42,050 nucleotides of DNA from Octopus bimaculoides (lineage: Eukaryota). The stretch is taken from positions 81,737,872 to 81,779,921 of the forward strand of contig NC_068988.1 in assembly GCF_001194135.2 (NCBI RefSeq), given 5' to 3'. The notes under the pieces are model-generated. The model made no database searches and had not been told where the DNA came from. It saw only the letters and a list, made by a program, of their open reading frames with translations. A program made the position numbers and the translations under genes. This document shows, piece after piece, positions 1 to 10,308 of this stretch. Each line of letters begins with the position of its first letter. Within the stretch, counting starts at the first letter, position 1.

Positions 1-92
1 TATATATATATATATATCCATTATTATGATTGACCATTGACTGAACACTATTCAATTTTTTTTTCTCCGTGTTTTTCTCCTTGTCTCCGTAT

Positions 93-129
93 TCTTTCTG
101 TTGAAGAGCGTAGCTCGAAACGTCAAAGA
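93..129 (+). ncRNA. Minimal type I hammerhead ribozyme-like motif (PLE-type), variant core
   Basis: TCTTT(93-97) CTGTTGA(98-104) A GAGC-GTA-GCTC(106-116) GAAA CGTC AAAGA(125-129). 5-bp stem I, 4-bp stem II, palindromic ACGT stem III, GUC cleavage triplet. Core has U at position 6 instead of A. Confidence 0.6.
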
Positions 130-217
130 CTTTCCGTATTCCCGAGCGTCATACTAATAAATCCTTTTGTTATTTACACCACCTGTCCTCGTCTGTTGTT
201 ATTATTTGTATATTCTC

Positions 218-257
<40 letters not shown>

Positions 258-367
258 AGTACAGATACATTTATACACATATAATACACATGCATACATA
301 TATATAATAAACACGCATATACATATGTAATATACATACATATATAACACACATAGACATATATATA

Positions 368-1180
368 CAGGGTGCAGTGAATAAACTGTCATCTAAATTA
401 CGTAAAAATGAAAATAACATTGACATCTCATTTTAACAAATATATTTACCAAAATTACAAAAAGATATCTTGAAATGCTAAAGAGTAAATTTATTCAATA
501 AAATCACCAGATGACTTCAGAATCTCCTGCAACCCTTCTGGATGGTCTCCTTGCTTAAGTTGGTCAATGCTGCCATAATCCTTGCCTTCAGTTCATCTTT
601 GGTGTTACAAGGAATTTTGTTGGTCTCTCACTCAACTGCACCTCCCACACATATTAAGGGTGATGTGGTTGCAGGAATTGCTTGACAGCCATTACTGGGT
701 TTTCTTGTTTGTGTAGCATGGTGCAGAATCCTGTTGCCAGACATAGGGTCTTCCAGCAGCCACTCTCTTGACCCAGGGCAGCACTGTCTCATCCAGGCAT
801 TTGATGTAGGCCTCCATGTCGAGTGTGAGGCCGTTTGGGAAGATGGAGGCATAATGTCGCCATCACTAGTGTTCACACCAAACACCGTGATGCTGACTGG
901 ATGTTTGATTTTTATTATTCTTGGTACATATTCTCATATTGCACTGTCCTCAGATTGATACTGAACACTCTGAAATGTTCATGCTGGAGCTTCTGGTATG
1001 AATGCCAAGCAGTACAGTATGTCGTTTCCAAATTTCTGGCAGAGTGAATTGCATCATGGTGCTGTTTTTCTCACAGACGGTGCCTCTACTATACTGTGTA
1101 GTTGACAAAACCAAAAGTGAACAATGCACATACATGAAATTAAAAATATAAAATGGCGACAGTTTACCCATTGCACCCTG
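368..1180 (-). mobile_element. Internally deleted Tc1/mariner-superfamily transposon (maT/DD37D-like), transposase pseudogene
   Basis: 23-bp TIRs CAGGGTGCAGTGAATAAACTGTC (368-390) and GACAGTTTACCCATTGCACCCTG (1158-1180), flanked by TA. Minus-strand frameshifted translation gives VFGVNTSDGDIMPP, VLPWVKRVAAGRPYVWQQDSAPC and TKDELKARIMAA. Subfamily call is by recollection of motifs. Confidence 0.85.
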
Positions 1181-1182
1181 TA

Positions 1183-1189
1183 TGTACAC

Positions 1190-1268
<79 letters not shown>

Positions 1269-1423
1269 TACATACATATATACATATATACACAAATATA
1301 TATACATACATATATACATATACATACACATATATATCTACATACATATCTACATAAATATGTGTGTATGTATGTATTATATATATATATATATATACAC
1401 ACACACATATGCACACATATATA
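1183..1423. repeat. Compound (TA)n/(TACA)n microsatellite
   Basis: Directly visible. Similar (TA)n/(CA)n tracts lie at 1-17, 217-366, 10180-10408, 19855-19936, 20381-20470, 32818-32853, 33569-33622, 34387-34446 and 36190-36345. Confidence 0.95.
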
Positions 1424-1656
1424 TATTTGGTTTTAAATACACATCTCTCCATTGTAAGTATATTTTATTCCTTTAAGATATATAATAGGTAAAATCTTTT
1501 AGGTGAAATACTTCAGGAATAATAAACGTAGTATGATAGTTTTGTATAAATACTGTAGTATACAAAATATTGACAATAGTACAATATAACAGTATAGGTA
1601 TGACAATATTATTGATAATATTATTGCATAATCGCAATGTATAATCCAGTTGCATC

Positions 1657-1788
1657 ATCATCATCATCTCTGTCATTGTCATCATCATCATCTCTGTCAT
1701 TGTCATCATCATCATCTCTGTCATTGTCATCATCATCATCTTTGTCATTGTCATCATCATCATCTCTGTCATTGTCATCATCATCATC
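1657..1788. repeat. 24-bp minisatellite (ATCATCATCATCTCTGTCATTGTC) x5.5
   Basis: Units start at 1657, 1681, 1705, 1729, 1753 and 1777 (partial); one C>T variant in unit 4. Confidence 0.95.
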
Positions 1789-2529
1789 TTATCATTTAAT
1801 GTTCATTTTCCATGTTGGCATGAGTTGGTTACAAATTGAGATATACCTATATTAATAAAAGCAAAATTCTGCCTCTCCATCTGAGACCCCTGTATCTTAG
1901 TCTACAGTTGCTTAACATCAACATATACCTTTTTGGAATCAGAATAATCCTGGGATTAAAAATCTGCCCTTCATTTGGTTCTTGAACATCCAGCATTGGG
2001 ATCTGATTTAAAAGCATTTGGGTTGCTATTTCTAGCAGGTAAAGCTTGGCTGATTCATGCCATCTTGGTTGGCTTTTGTCAGCTGACATCAGAGATTAAT
2101 GGGGGAAATAAATGATATTTGCGTCATTAATTTTACTCCGAGATAAGAACTTTGAGACAAGTTGACCAACAGTTGGGATACAACTGAAACAATTGAATGA
2201 TTGTTTAGTAATTCTCATCCGCCCTTAACCACTGATCAAACATTACCAGGGCATAGAGTCATTATAGCCGTATTATAGTCATGCTATTTAGCTCGCTTTA
2301 GTTTTGGGTTGCAGGCCCAAATTAGCCTTCCACAGGAGCTAGCTTAAAAGTCTGCACCGAGTGTGGCTTTTAAGATAGTTATAAATAAGAATGTAGTGTA
2401 ATCATAATGATATAGCATAATTGTTTTGTATAATATTATCTATCATATTGATAATAGCATCTTACAATATTAGTATAGGTTTAATAGTAAGTATAATAGC
2501 ATGGTTTAATGATACAGTATAATACCATA

Positions 2530-2680
2530 GGCAAAGGCATGGTTGTGTGATTAAGAAGATTGTTTCCTAGTGAATTGGTCTTGAGTTCAATTCTACTGCA
2601 CAGCACCTTGGGCATATGTCTTCTACTAAGACCTTGAGTGCATTTCGTTGAGAAAAACTGAGAGAAGATGATTTCATATA
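2530..2680 (+). mobile_element. Degenerate tRNA-derived CORE-type SINE
   Basis: GGCATGGTTGTGTGATTAAGAAG head, B-box-like GAGTTCAATTC, CORE-like GCACCTTGGGCATATGTCTTCTAC. Confidence 0.6.
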
Positions 2681-2834
2681 TATATATATGCAGTGTGTGT
2701 GTAGGTCCTTCCTGTGATATCACATGATGGTTGAAAATGAGTTTTCTCTACCTGCTGCCCTGTTATTACAGGGGAGAAAATTCATACAGTGACATGATGC
2801 AACTACAGAGGGCTAAAGGTTAACATTGTATAAT

Positions 2835-3169
2835 TAATTTAACTAGAACTCCATTAGTTATGATGATAAGTATTCCAGTTGATATGATCAATGAAACAGC
2901 CAGCTCATGAAATTAATGTGAAGTTAACTGAGCACTCTACGGATATGCATACCCTTAGCATAGTTCTCAGGGAGATTCAGCAAGGCACAGAATGTGAAAA
3001 GGCTGGTCCTTTGAAATACAGATACAAACTCATTTTTGCCAGCTTAGTAGACTGGAGCAACATGAAATAAAGTGTCCTGCTCAAGGACACAATACACCAC
3101 CAGGATTTGAATTCATAAGCTTACGATCATGAGCCAAATGCCCTAAACCATTAAGCCACATGCCTTCAC
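2835..3169 (-). mobile_element. tRNA-derived SINE with candidate 13-bp TSD
   Basis: Minus strand begins GTGAAGGCATGTGGCTTAATGGTTTAGGGC (A-box) then GAATTCAAATCC (B-box) and TGTGTCCTTGAGCAGGACACTTTA. AACATTGTATAAT occurs directly repeated at 2822-2834 and 3170-3182. Confidence 0.75.
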
Positions 3170-3915
3170 AACATTGTATAATGTGTTATAAAATATCATA
3201 TTAACATTGTATAGTAATGTTATAATATTGCATGATAAAACAAAATATTATATACGAGGCATATTCAAAGAGTATCCAACTTAATTTTTTCCCACCAAAA
3301 CTAATGCTGCATGGCCCAAATCCTTCCGGCACATGTGTGAAAACTTTCATGCCTGTAGACTGTGTCAATTCCTGACTGTTATGCTTAGAGTACAGATCTG
3401 TAGTACATGCAAAATGACTGAATACATCAAGCGGAGACTATAAACCCATGTCTCTACACCAATGATAATGATCTTCATGAAGTCTGGGGCATGGTTTGTA
3501 CAGCCCAGCATGTCCTGAGCAATTTCCATGCAGAGTTGCTTCTGCTGCTCCACCAGCAGCCTGGGGAGGAATTACACCAACACTCTCGCATACACAAATC
3601 CTCCATTAAAATGGAATGCACTGATCTTGTGCTCATTACCATTTTGTGAGCAATTTCTTGGATTGTTACACAATGGTCATCCATAACTACTCACTGCACC
3701 TTTTCATTCAACTCCTCATTTCGTATTGTGGATGGCTTACCTGAGCGTACTTTGCTCTCCACTGAAGCAGTTGTACAACTCCTTGATCTGAGTTTTGCCC
3801 ATGGCATCATTGCCCAAGGCCTGCCAAATCTTCTGGATGGTTTGAACTTTGGACAAAATTTCATGCAATATCTCTGCTTGATGTGTTTGGTGTAAACGAA
3901 AATCCAGTGAGCATG

Positions 3916-4135
3916 AGGCGGCGAGCTGGCAGAATCGTTAGCACGCCGGGCGAAATGCTTAGTGGTGTCTCGCTCTTCAAAACGTTCTGAGTTCAAATAC
4001 CGCCGAGGTCGACTTTGTCTTTCATCCTTTCGAGAGTCGATAAAATAAGTACCAGTTAAAACTATCAGTTTGATGTAATTGAATAAATCACTTCCCCAAA
4101 ATCTGAGGCCTTGTGCTTCCAGTAGAAAGGGTTAT
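3916..4135 (+). mobile_element. tRNA-derived SINE (Meta-type central domain)
   Basis: GGCGGCGAGCTGGCAGAATCG A-box region, GAGTTCAAATAC B-box, GCCGAGGTCGACTTTGTCTTTCATCCTTTC...GATAAAATAAGTACCAG central domain. Confidence 0.75.
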
Positions 4136-4209
4136 ATTTCTTTAACTTGTTTCAGTCATTGGACAGCGACCATGCTGGGGTCTGATCAAGACAAATGTAC
4201 TTATGTTGT

Positions 4210-4385
4210 AAGGCGGCGATCTGGCAGAGTCGTTAGCACGTCGGGCGAATGCTTAGCGGTATTTCGCCGGTCGATAAATTAAGTACCAGTTACGCACTGG
4301 TGTCGATGTAACCGACTTAATCCCTTTGTCTATACTTGTTTGTCCCCTCTATGTTTAGCCCCTTGTGGGCAGTAAAGAAAATAAG
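4210..4385 (+). mobile_element. Second Meta-type SINE copy, internally deleted (B-box lost)
   Basis: Same head as 3916; GGTATTTCGCC is joined directly to GGTCGATAAATTAAGTACCAG. Confidence 0.7.
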
Positions 4386-4400
4386 ATGTTCTTCAGAAGT

Positions 4401-4551
4401 GGAGGCGCAATGGCCCAGTGGTTAGGGCAGCGGACTCGCGGTCATAGGATCGCAGTTTCGATTCCCAGACCGGGCGTTGTGAGTGTTTATTGAGCGAAAA
4501 CACCTAAAGCTCCACGAGGCTCCGGCAGGGGATGGTGGCGAACCCTGCTGT
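4401..4551 (+). mobile_element. 5' head of a young tRNA-derived SINE, truncated at 18S-like sequence
   Basis: A-box TGGCCCAGTGG 4411-4421, B-box GTTTCGATTCC 4455-4465, CpG-rich (young). Confidence 0.75.
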
Positions 4552-4844
4552 AACAAAGCCATCATCGGTAGCTCCGCGTGCGGCCCGGGCTTGTCGTTGC
4601 CGCCGCTCTNNNNNNNNNNNNNNNNNNNNNNNNNNNNNNNNNNNNNNNNNNNNNNNNNNNNNNNNNNNNNNNNNNNNNNNNNNNNNNNNNNNNNNNNNNN
4701 NNNNNNNNNNNNNNNNNNNNNNNNNNNNNNNNNNNNNNNNNNNNNNNNNNNNNNNNNNNNNNNNNNNNNNNNNNNNNNNNNNNNNNNNNNNNNNNNNNNN
4801 NNNNNNNNNNNNNNNNNNNNNNNNNNNNNNNNNNNNNNNNNNNN

Positions 4845-5105
4845 GAGAGGGTCGGGAAACCTCTGAACCACCTCCCGTGATAGGGATCGGGGCCTGGAAC
4901 CAACCCCGTGAACGAGGAATTCCCGGTAGGCATGGGTCATCAGCCCGCGTCGATCACGTCCCTGCCCTTTGTACACACCGCCCATCGCTACTGCCGATCG
5001 AACGGTCCGGTGAGGTCCTCGGATCTAGCCAACGAGTCTGCTTACGCACGGCGGCGTTCCGCGCCGTCATCGGCGCGTTCTTTGATGGCCCGGAGAAGAC
5101 GACCG
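4845..5105 (+). rRNA. 18S rRNA 3' fragment (V8 to helix 44/V9), dispersed pseudogenic copy; probably starts near 4552 before the gap
   Basis: Conserved SSU motifs GAACGAGGAATTCCC, GTCCCTGCCCTTTGTACACACCGCCC and GTGAGGTCCTCGGATC, ending GAGAAGACGACCG. The universal GCCCGTC reads GCCCATC. No ITS1 follows. Confidence 0.9.
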
Positions 5106-5270
5106 TAACAAGTGTAACATCCAGAAGCTGACACAGTCTACTGCCACAATAATTTTTAGACATGTGCAGGAAGGATGATGTCACATCTCACCCTAAGAAT
5201 TTTGCCCACATGGCATTAGTTTTGGTGGGTGACATACATTTTGAAGATACATTTTGAATGCACCTCACAT

Positions 5271-5523
5271 GAACATTGTATATTATTGTTTTGATATTGT
5301 GTGATAAAATTATATCTCACAATGTATTAACTTTGTATGTTATTGTTATATTGTGTGATAGAATAAGATATCACAACTTATTAACATTGTAAATTATTAA
5401 GATATCATGTGACAAAATATCACAGTAAATCAACATTGTATGATATTGTTATAATATTGTGTGATAAAATATCACAATATATTAACTTGGAATAATATTG
5501 TTATAATATTGTGTGATAAAATA
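5271..5523. repeat. Degenerate ~50-bp AT-rich tandem repeat (~5 units); related units at 3170-3252
   Basis: Recurrent AACATTGTA...ATATTGTGTGATAAAATATCACAA units. Confidence 0.75.
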
Positions 5524-6674
5524 AAACACCAGCAGCATATTCTAAAGGATGGAGAAATAGTATAGCTGAGAACGAACACTAAATCTCATTAAAATTATGC
5601 AACACATACATCAGATTTGTCAAACATATCGAAGAAGATATCATTCAAGTCAATATTTTCACAGTAGAAAGAATAGAAATAGTTTGTTCTGTAGGAAAAG
5701 TCTGCTTTTATTGCTTCATTTTTTCCATTTTCTTCATGGCATCAATAACTATTAAAACATTCCGAACATCAAGTGGAGAACATATTTACTGATTTTCATA
5801 CACAAAGGATATATATACTACTGCAAGGAATTGGACAATCAGAAACAAAAAAATAAAGACAATACAAGATTTGTATTTTATTAGGTCATAAGTTTATTAC
5901 ATGATTCTCAAATCAGAAGAATGAGTTATAGTAGGAAGCCGCCATTAAAATCCTTTTTCTTTTCTTCTGTTGCTTAAAGTCAAAAGATGTTCCATAAAAT
6001 GCAAAGATTAATACACTGCTTCTTGCTGCAGAATTCTGAAAATTATAGATCAATGCACGTATCAAAATGTAAGTAGTGGCATGCATCAGTCAATGCAGAT
6101 GTATGTATGCACCTACCTGTTGCTGCTGCTACTGCTTTTGTATCTGACCAACCAGCTGTTCAATGCAAGCAATGAACCTGTGTTTAAAGTACCTCTATAA
6201 TTCCTGTGCCATTCAGGAAGAATAAAATCATTTCACTTGATTCTATAGTCAGTTTGGCAATAAATCAAACTTATTTTGTTAATGCCCCTTTCATCTAAAA
6301 CAAAAAAAAAAACATGAAATAATTCTTCTCCCTTGCATGGCTAGCTTGGCACCAAACCAATCCACCTTAGCCAAAGTTCTTTATATAATGCACTCTGTTG
6401 ACCTAATCTGGCAACAAAACGTTATCTTTCTAGGTAAGATTGATTCTAAAACAAAGATAAAAAGCCAAAACAAAACAATTCTCTTCTAATCCAAAGCAAG
6501 AAATTAATTCTACAACTGTTACAGTTGACATCCTGTGACTTAGAATCTTACAGAGAAGCAAAAATTCAACCATTCCAACTCACCACCTAACCGTGTGTAT
6601 TTTGTGACAAGCCTTGAAATACTAATACAATAGCAGATATGAGAACGTATTCCTATCTTTTATCTATCAATCAC

Positions 6675-6920
6675 CCATTCCTCCCAAACTTTGGATCTGA
6701 CCTCTAGTTAGTGTAAAATTGCCTCATAATTGTACCCCAATCAAGCTTCCATACATTTTTTACATACTTATGATCTGACCTCCAGTCGGTCTTAAATTTC
6801 CTCATAATTGTATGCACAACCAGACTTCTATACATTCCTCATATACATTAGATCTGACCTCCAATTAGTGATAAATTCCCTCATAATTGTATCCCCAATT
6901 GAGCTTCCATACATTTCTTC
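6675..6920. repeat. ~78-79-bp tandem repeat x3
   Basis: GATCTGACCT at 6694, 6772 and 6851; each unit also has CCTCATAATTGTA and CTTC(C/T)ATACATT. Confidence 0.85.
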
Positions 6921-7574
6921 CATCAGCCATCTTCACAAACTGTAGAGCAGGATTGTAACACAAATTATAAACAGCTCCATGAATAATACATAATCGTAAA
7001 AACAACTGGTTCTTTGCTTCAGTCCATTTAGAATTAAGTAGTGGTGGCAGCAGCAGTGTTGTTGTTGTTGTTGGTGTTAGTGGTGGTGGTGGTGGTGGTG
7101 GTGATGGTGGTGGTGGTAATAGTGGTGGTAGGAGATCATTCTTCTGTATAAAATATCAATGTATGACAGGTAGACAATCACTTACTACAATGTACATATC
7201 TTTAACTTCCAGGAGACATGTAGTATACAGAAGTGTTGCACATAGGAAGTGTTCATTGAAATATTGTATACAAAACTGTAGTATAACAGAAAGTGTTGTA
7301 TACAGAAAGTGTTGCATGAAACAAGTCAAATATTTGATCCTCTTGAACCTTTCACTTCTACAGATGGTAGGGAGCAATAAGGGAACCTCTTTATGGTGTC
7401 TTGAATGCTAGAATAGCAGCCAAATCTCTCTCATATCACTCTTTACAGGTTTAATACAGAAAGCACTTGGAGGAAAAAATAATTCCAGACCCCCAATCAT
7501 AGAGAACAATATGGCAATGTATGGTCAAAGAGTTCACCCAGGGCTAGACAACGACGACAACACAATGGACTCAT

Positions 7575-7930
7575 CTCTACAATATACTCACAATATACTT
7601 ATATCATTTTCACAACTACTCACCTTTACATTATACTTCCAATATTCTCACAGCTACAATACACCTCTACCATACACCTCTACAACATAGTCTCTATTTA
7701 CATTGTACTTAGAATGTAATCACTTCTAAAGTACATTCAGGAACTATGCACCTCTACTATGTACTCATAATATACTCACCTCTATAGTACAACCCTACAA
7801 CATACCTCTACAATGAATGTCCTCTCCATTTACATTTTATTCACAATATACTCTCCCTACAATATATTCTGCAATGTTCTCAACTCTGTAACATACAATA
7901 TAATCACTTCTACAATATATTCACCTCCAT
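7575..7930. repeat. Degenerate CTCTACAATATACTCAC-like minisatellite
   Basis: Many imperfect copies of TACAATATA and CACCTCTAC. Confidence 0.6.
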
Positions 7931-8419
7931 CATGTAGCCAGTCTCATCTCCATCGATGTTATATGGCAATCAACTTCTACTTTATTCCCTAGCTGGCAAC
8001 TGGAAGGTGTGGCTATCCTCTCAACCAATATACTGCTGTGGGTGTTGCTGGATGACAGACTCTGGAGATAATGCTATTCAACATTTTCCAATGCATGGAA
8101 TAACATCAACAGCTACATTTAAAGCAGAAGGAATTTAACAGGTGATCACTTCTGTGTTTTATGAAGCTCGTGTGTGAGTACCACTCATACTTTAAATGTG
8201 ATTTCAGTGGCCATAATGAGAAACAAATATGGTTACAGGAACTATCTCAGAATATCTGAGGTTATATTTTCAACGGCTTGATAAATGGAGTGAATGGAGT
8301 CATGTGGAATAAAGTGCCTTGTCTGTCCAGAGACACAATGAAATACTTGTACTAAGTATGAAAGAAATATAATGGCATTGTGACATAAGCCTGTAATTAC
8401 ATATCATCATCATTATCAT

Positions 8420-8560
8420 CATTTTATTATTAATGCTGGCATGGGTTGGATGGTTTGACAAGGTCCAACAGGTCCAAAGACTGTATTATGCTCCTGTGTC
8501 AACTTTGGTATGGTTTCTATGGTTGGATGCTCTTTCTTAATACCAAGCACTTTACAGTGT
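8420..8560 (-). mobile_element. RTE LINE/SINE shared 3' tail
   Basis: Reverse complement gives ...CAAACCATCCAACCCATGCCAGCAT followed by an ATC-type tail. The same tail occurs at 18060-18255 (+) and 40730-40805 (+). Confidence 0.6.
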
Positions 8561-9519
8561 TTACACTTTACTGGTTATCTTTTTTCTTTCAAGCTGCCAA
8601 CATGACGATCTCACAACTCTTGTGAGATTATCATGTCGTCTGTAATACTACAAAGCCCAAGAGAGGCAGCTTTACGCTAAGAAATGAAGGGTAAAAGTAT
8701 GAGAAAGGAGGGGGCTGAGCAGAACTGGTTTCTTGTTTTAGAGGAGCTACATGGCTGCTCACATTTTAGAAGGTGATTAGGTGGGGCTGGAAAGAGATGA
8801 AAATAGTGCCAGTGAAGTGTTTGGGTAGATCTTGAAAGTGCAAGGTGAGTAGAAGTGAGTGGGGACAGAGGAACTGGGAATGTGGGTGGTTGGAGGGCAT
8901 AAGAGTGATGGGGAATGAGTGAGGGAAGGAGAGGTAAGAGACAAACTTTAAATTTTGGGTAGGGTTGAAGGGTGGATATAGTGAATGGTAGATAAGGGGT
9001 CTGGGATGACTAATGACGCATGAGATGGGAGAAGTAAGGAGAGTAGAATGATGGTTGGCAGAGCAGAAAAAAGGAGGAAGGAGAGCAGAATAGTAACAAT
9101 AACATGGTAGACAGGAGAAGTATGAAAGCAAGAAATGACATGTGGTTCAATAGATTGCAGCAATGTGGGGGAAGGAGAAAGAAAGAGAGGTGGATGTAGT
9201 GCATGAAGAGAAAGAGAGATATATGATGGTGGAGGTGGAGAGATAATTGCTTACATTTACCATTCCTACTTTCACTCTAAACCAGATAAGCGACTAAGAT
9301 TCTTTTCTTTGAAATCAGTTCTAAACCTTATAATCCCAGAGATCAAACGCTGATCTTCTCACACCAAAAAATGAATTAATGGGAAAGGCCAGGTTTTCTC
9401 AAATAAAGCCATGTTTTAAATTCTTCATGGTCAAAGTTTACAGAAAACATCTTCCATGTTCACAGTATCCACACATTAGAAGCCACTCAAATCATTTTCC
9501 TATTGTCCCTACACCAGCA

Positions 9520-9772
9520 CCACAAACACCACCACAGAAATAACAAACACGTTGACGACCACCACTAGTGTTATGACAATGACGATAATGATCACCACCA
9601 CCACCACCACCACCACCACCATCATAAAGACAACCATGATAACAATGACAACAATGATGACAACAACAATGCCAATTACAAGGACCACCATGACCATCAG
9701 CATTATCACTGCCACCATCACCATCACTAATAGCACAACCACAACATCCACTACAATACCACCACCACCACC
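9520..9772. repeat. Compound ACC/ACA/ATC trinucleotide low-complexity tract
   Basis: Directly visible. Similar GAT/GGT tracts at 7068-7130, 11512-11650 and 18467-18860. Confidence 0.9.
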
Positions 9773-10259
9773 GTTATGTTCTTTCTTTCCCATTTAACAT
9801 ATGTCATCTCATGGTGCTTGTCTTTTCTCTGTAAAGAAACAACCAGCCTTGTTCTCATTTCTTAAGAAGAAAGAACAAGACCAAAAAAAGATTCTCTCTG
9901 CAACAATATAAATGAAGAGAGACTTGCCTTTTTATATTTTTTGTTTTTGGTTTATTTTTGTTTTCTTTTCCTCCTGCTACTAGCATCTCGAATGAGTTAC
10001 TCCTAAATCTCTCAGAGCAATTTAAGACAAGGATCAATAACTTCTCTCATTTATTTCTTCACTTCAGACCCTAACGGTTATTGGCATCTCTTTTTTTGGG
10101 TTGGTACATGTTGCTGCAAACAGGAAAGTGTACTGGTGAGCATTATGATGCAAATACATGTGCATATTCACAAACACACTCACACACACACATACTATAA
10201 ATTCAATATATATATATATATATATACATACATATATATGTGTGTGTGTGTGTGTGTGA

Positions 10260-10308
<49 letters not shown>

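Larger units (their letters stand above)
3255..5267 (-). mobile_element. Mariner-type transposon with long (~120-140 bp) TIRs, deleted transposase and nested insertions
   Basis: Left end TA|CGAGGC. Inverted blocks match across ends: 3291-3307 with 5213-5229, 3322-3336 with 5160-5174, 3355-3366 with 5130-5141. Minus strand 3440-3885 encodes QRYCMKFC, VESKVRSGKPST, VTIQEIA, EQQKQLCMEIAQDML and IIIGVETWVY (first catalytic D motif TGDETWVY decayed). Confidence 0.75.

Noticed and set aside
37-1476. YIYI/MYV-rich ORFs here and at 10064-10560, 19772-20501, 33431-34480, 36110-36620
   Set aside because: Translations of (TA)n/(CA)n microsatellites; no coding signal.
4401-4475. tRNA gene
   Set aside because: A/B boxes are present but the acceptor stem does not close and SINE body follows; it is a SINE head.
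4845-5105. Functional rDNA unit or bacterial contamination
   Set aside because: Eukaryotic 18S motifs, a mutated universal position, truncated before the 3' end, no ITS/5.8S, and embedded among host repeats.
4422-5131. Long ORFs spanning N gaps (also 18391-18981, 26910-27943, 36894-37655, 39539-39956)
   Set aside because: Length comes from N codons; flanks are rRNA, SINE or microsatellite.
6117-6177. Possible 61-nt minus-strand exon (CAG acceptor, GTAGGT donor)
   Set aside because: Weak polypyrimidine tract, unrecognised peptide and no partner exons; compatible with chance.
1657-6920. CRISPR-like reading of the tandem repeats
   Set aside because: No unique spacers between constant repeats, no cas genes, eukaryotic context.
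9509-9797. Poly-Thr/Val, poly-Asp (11473-11682) and poly-His/Met ORFs
   Set aside because: Trinucleotide microsatellites without recognisable domains or splice context.
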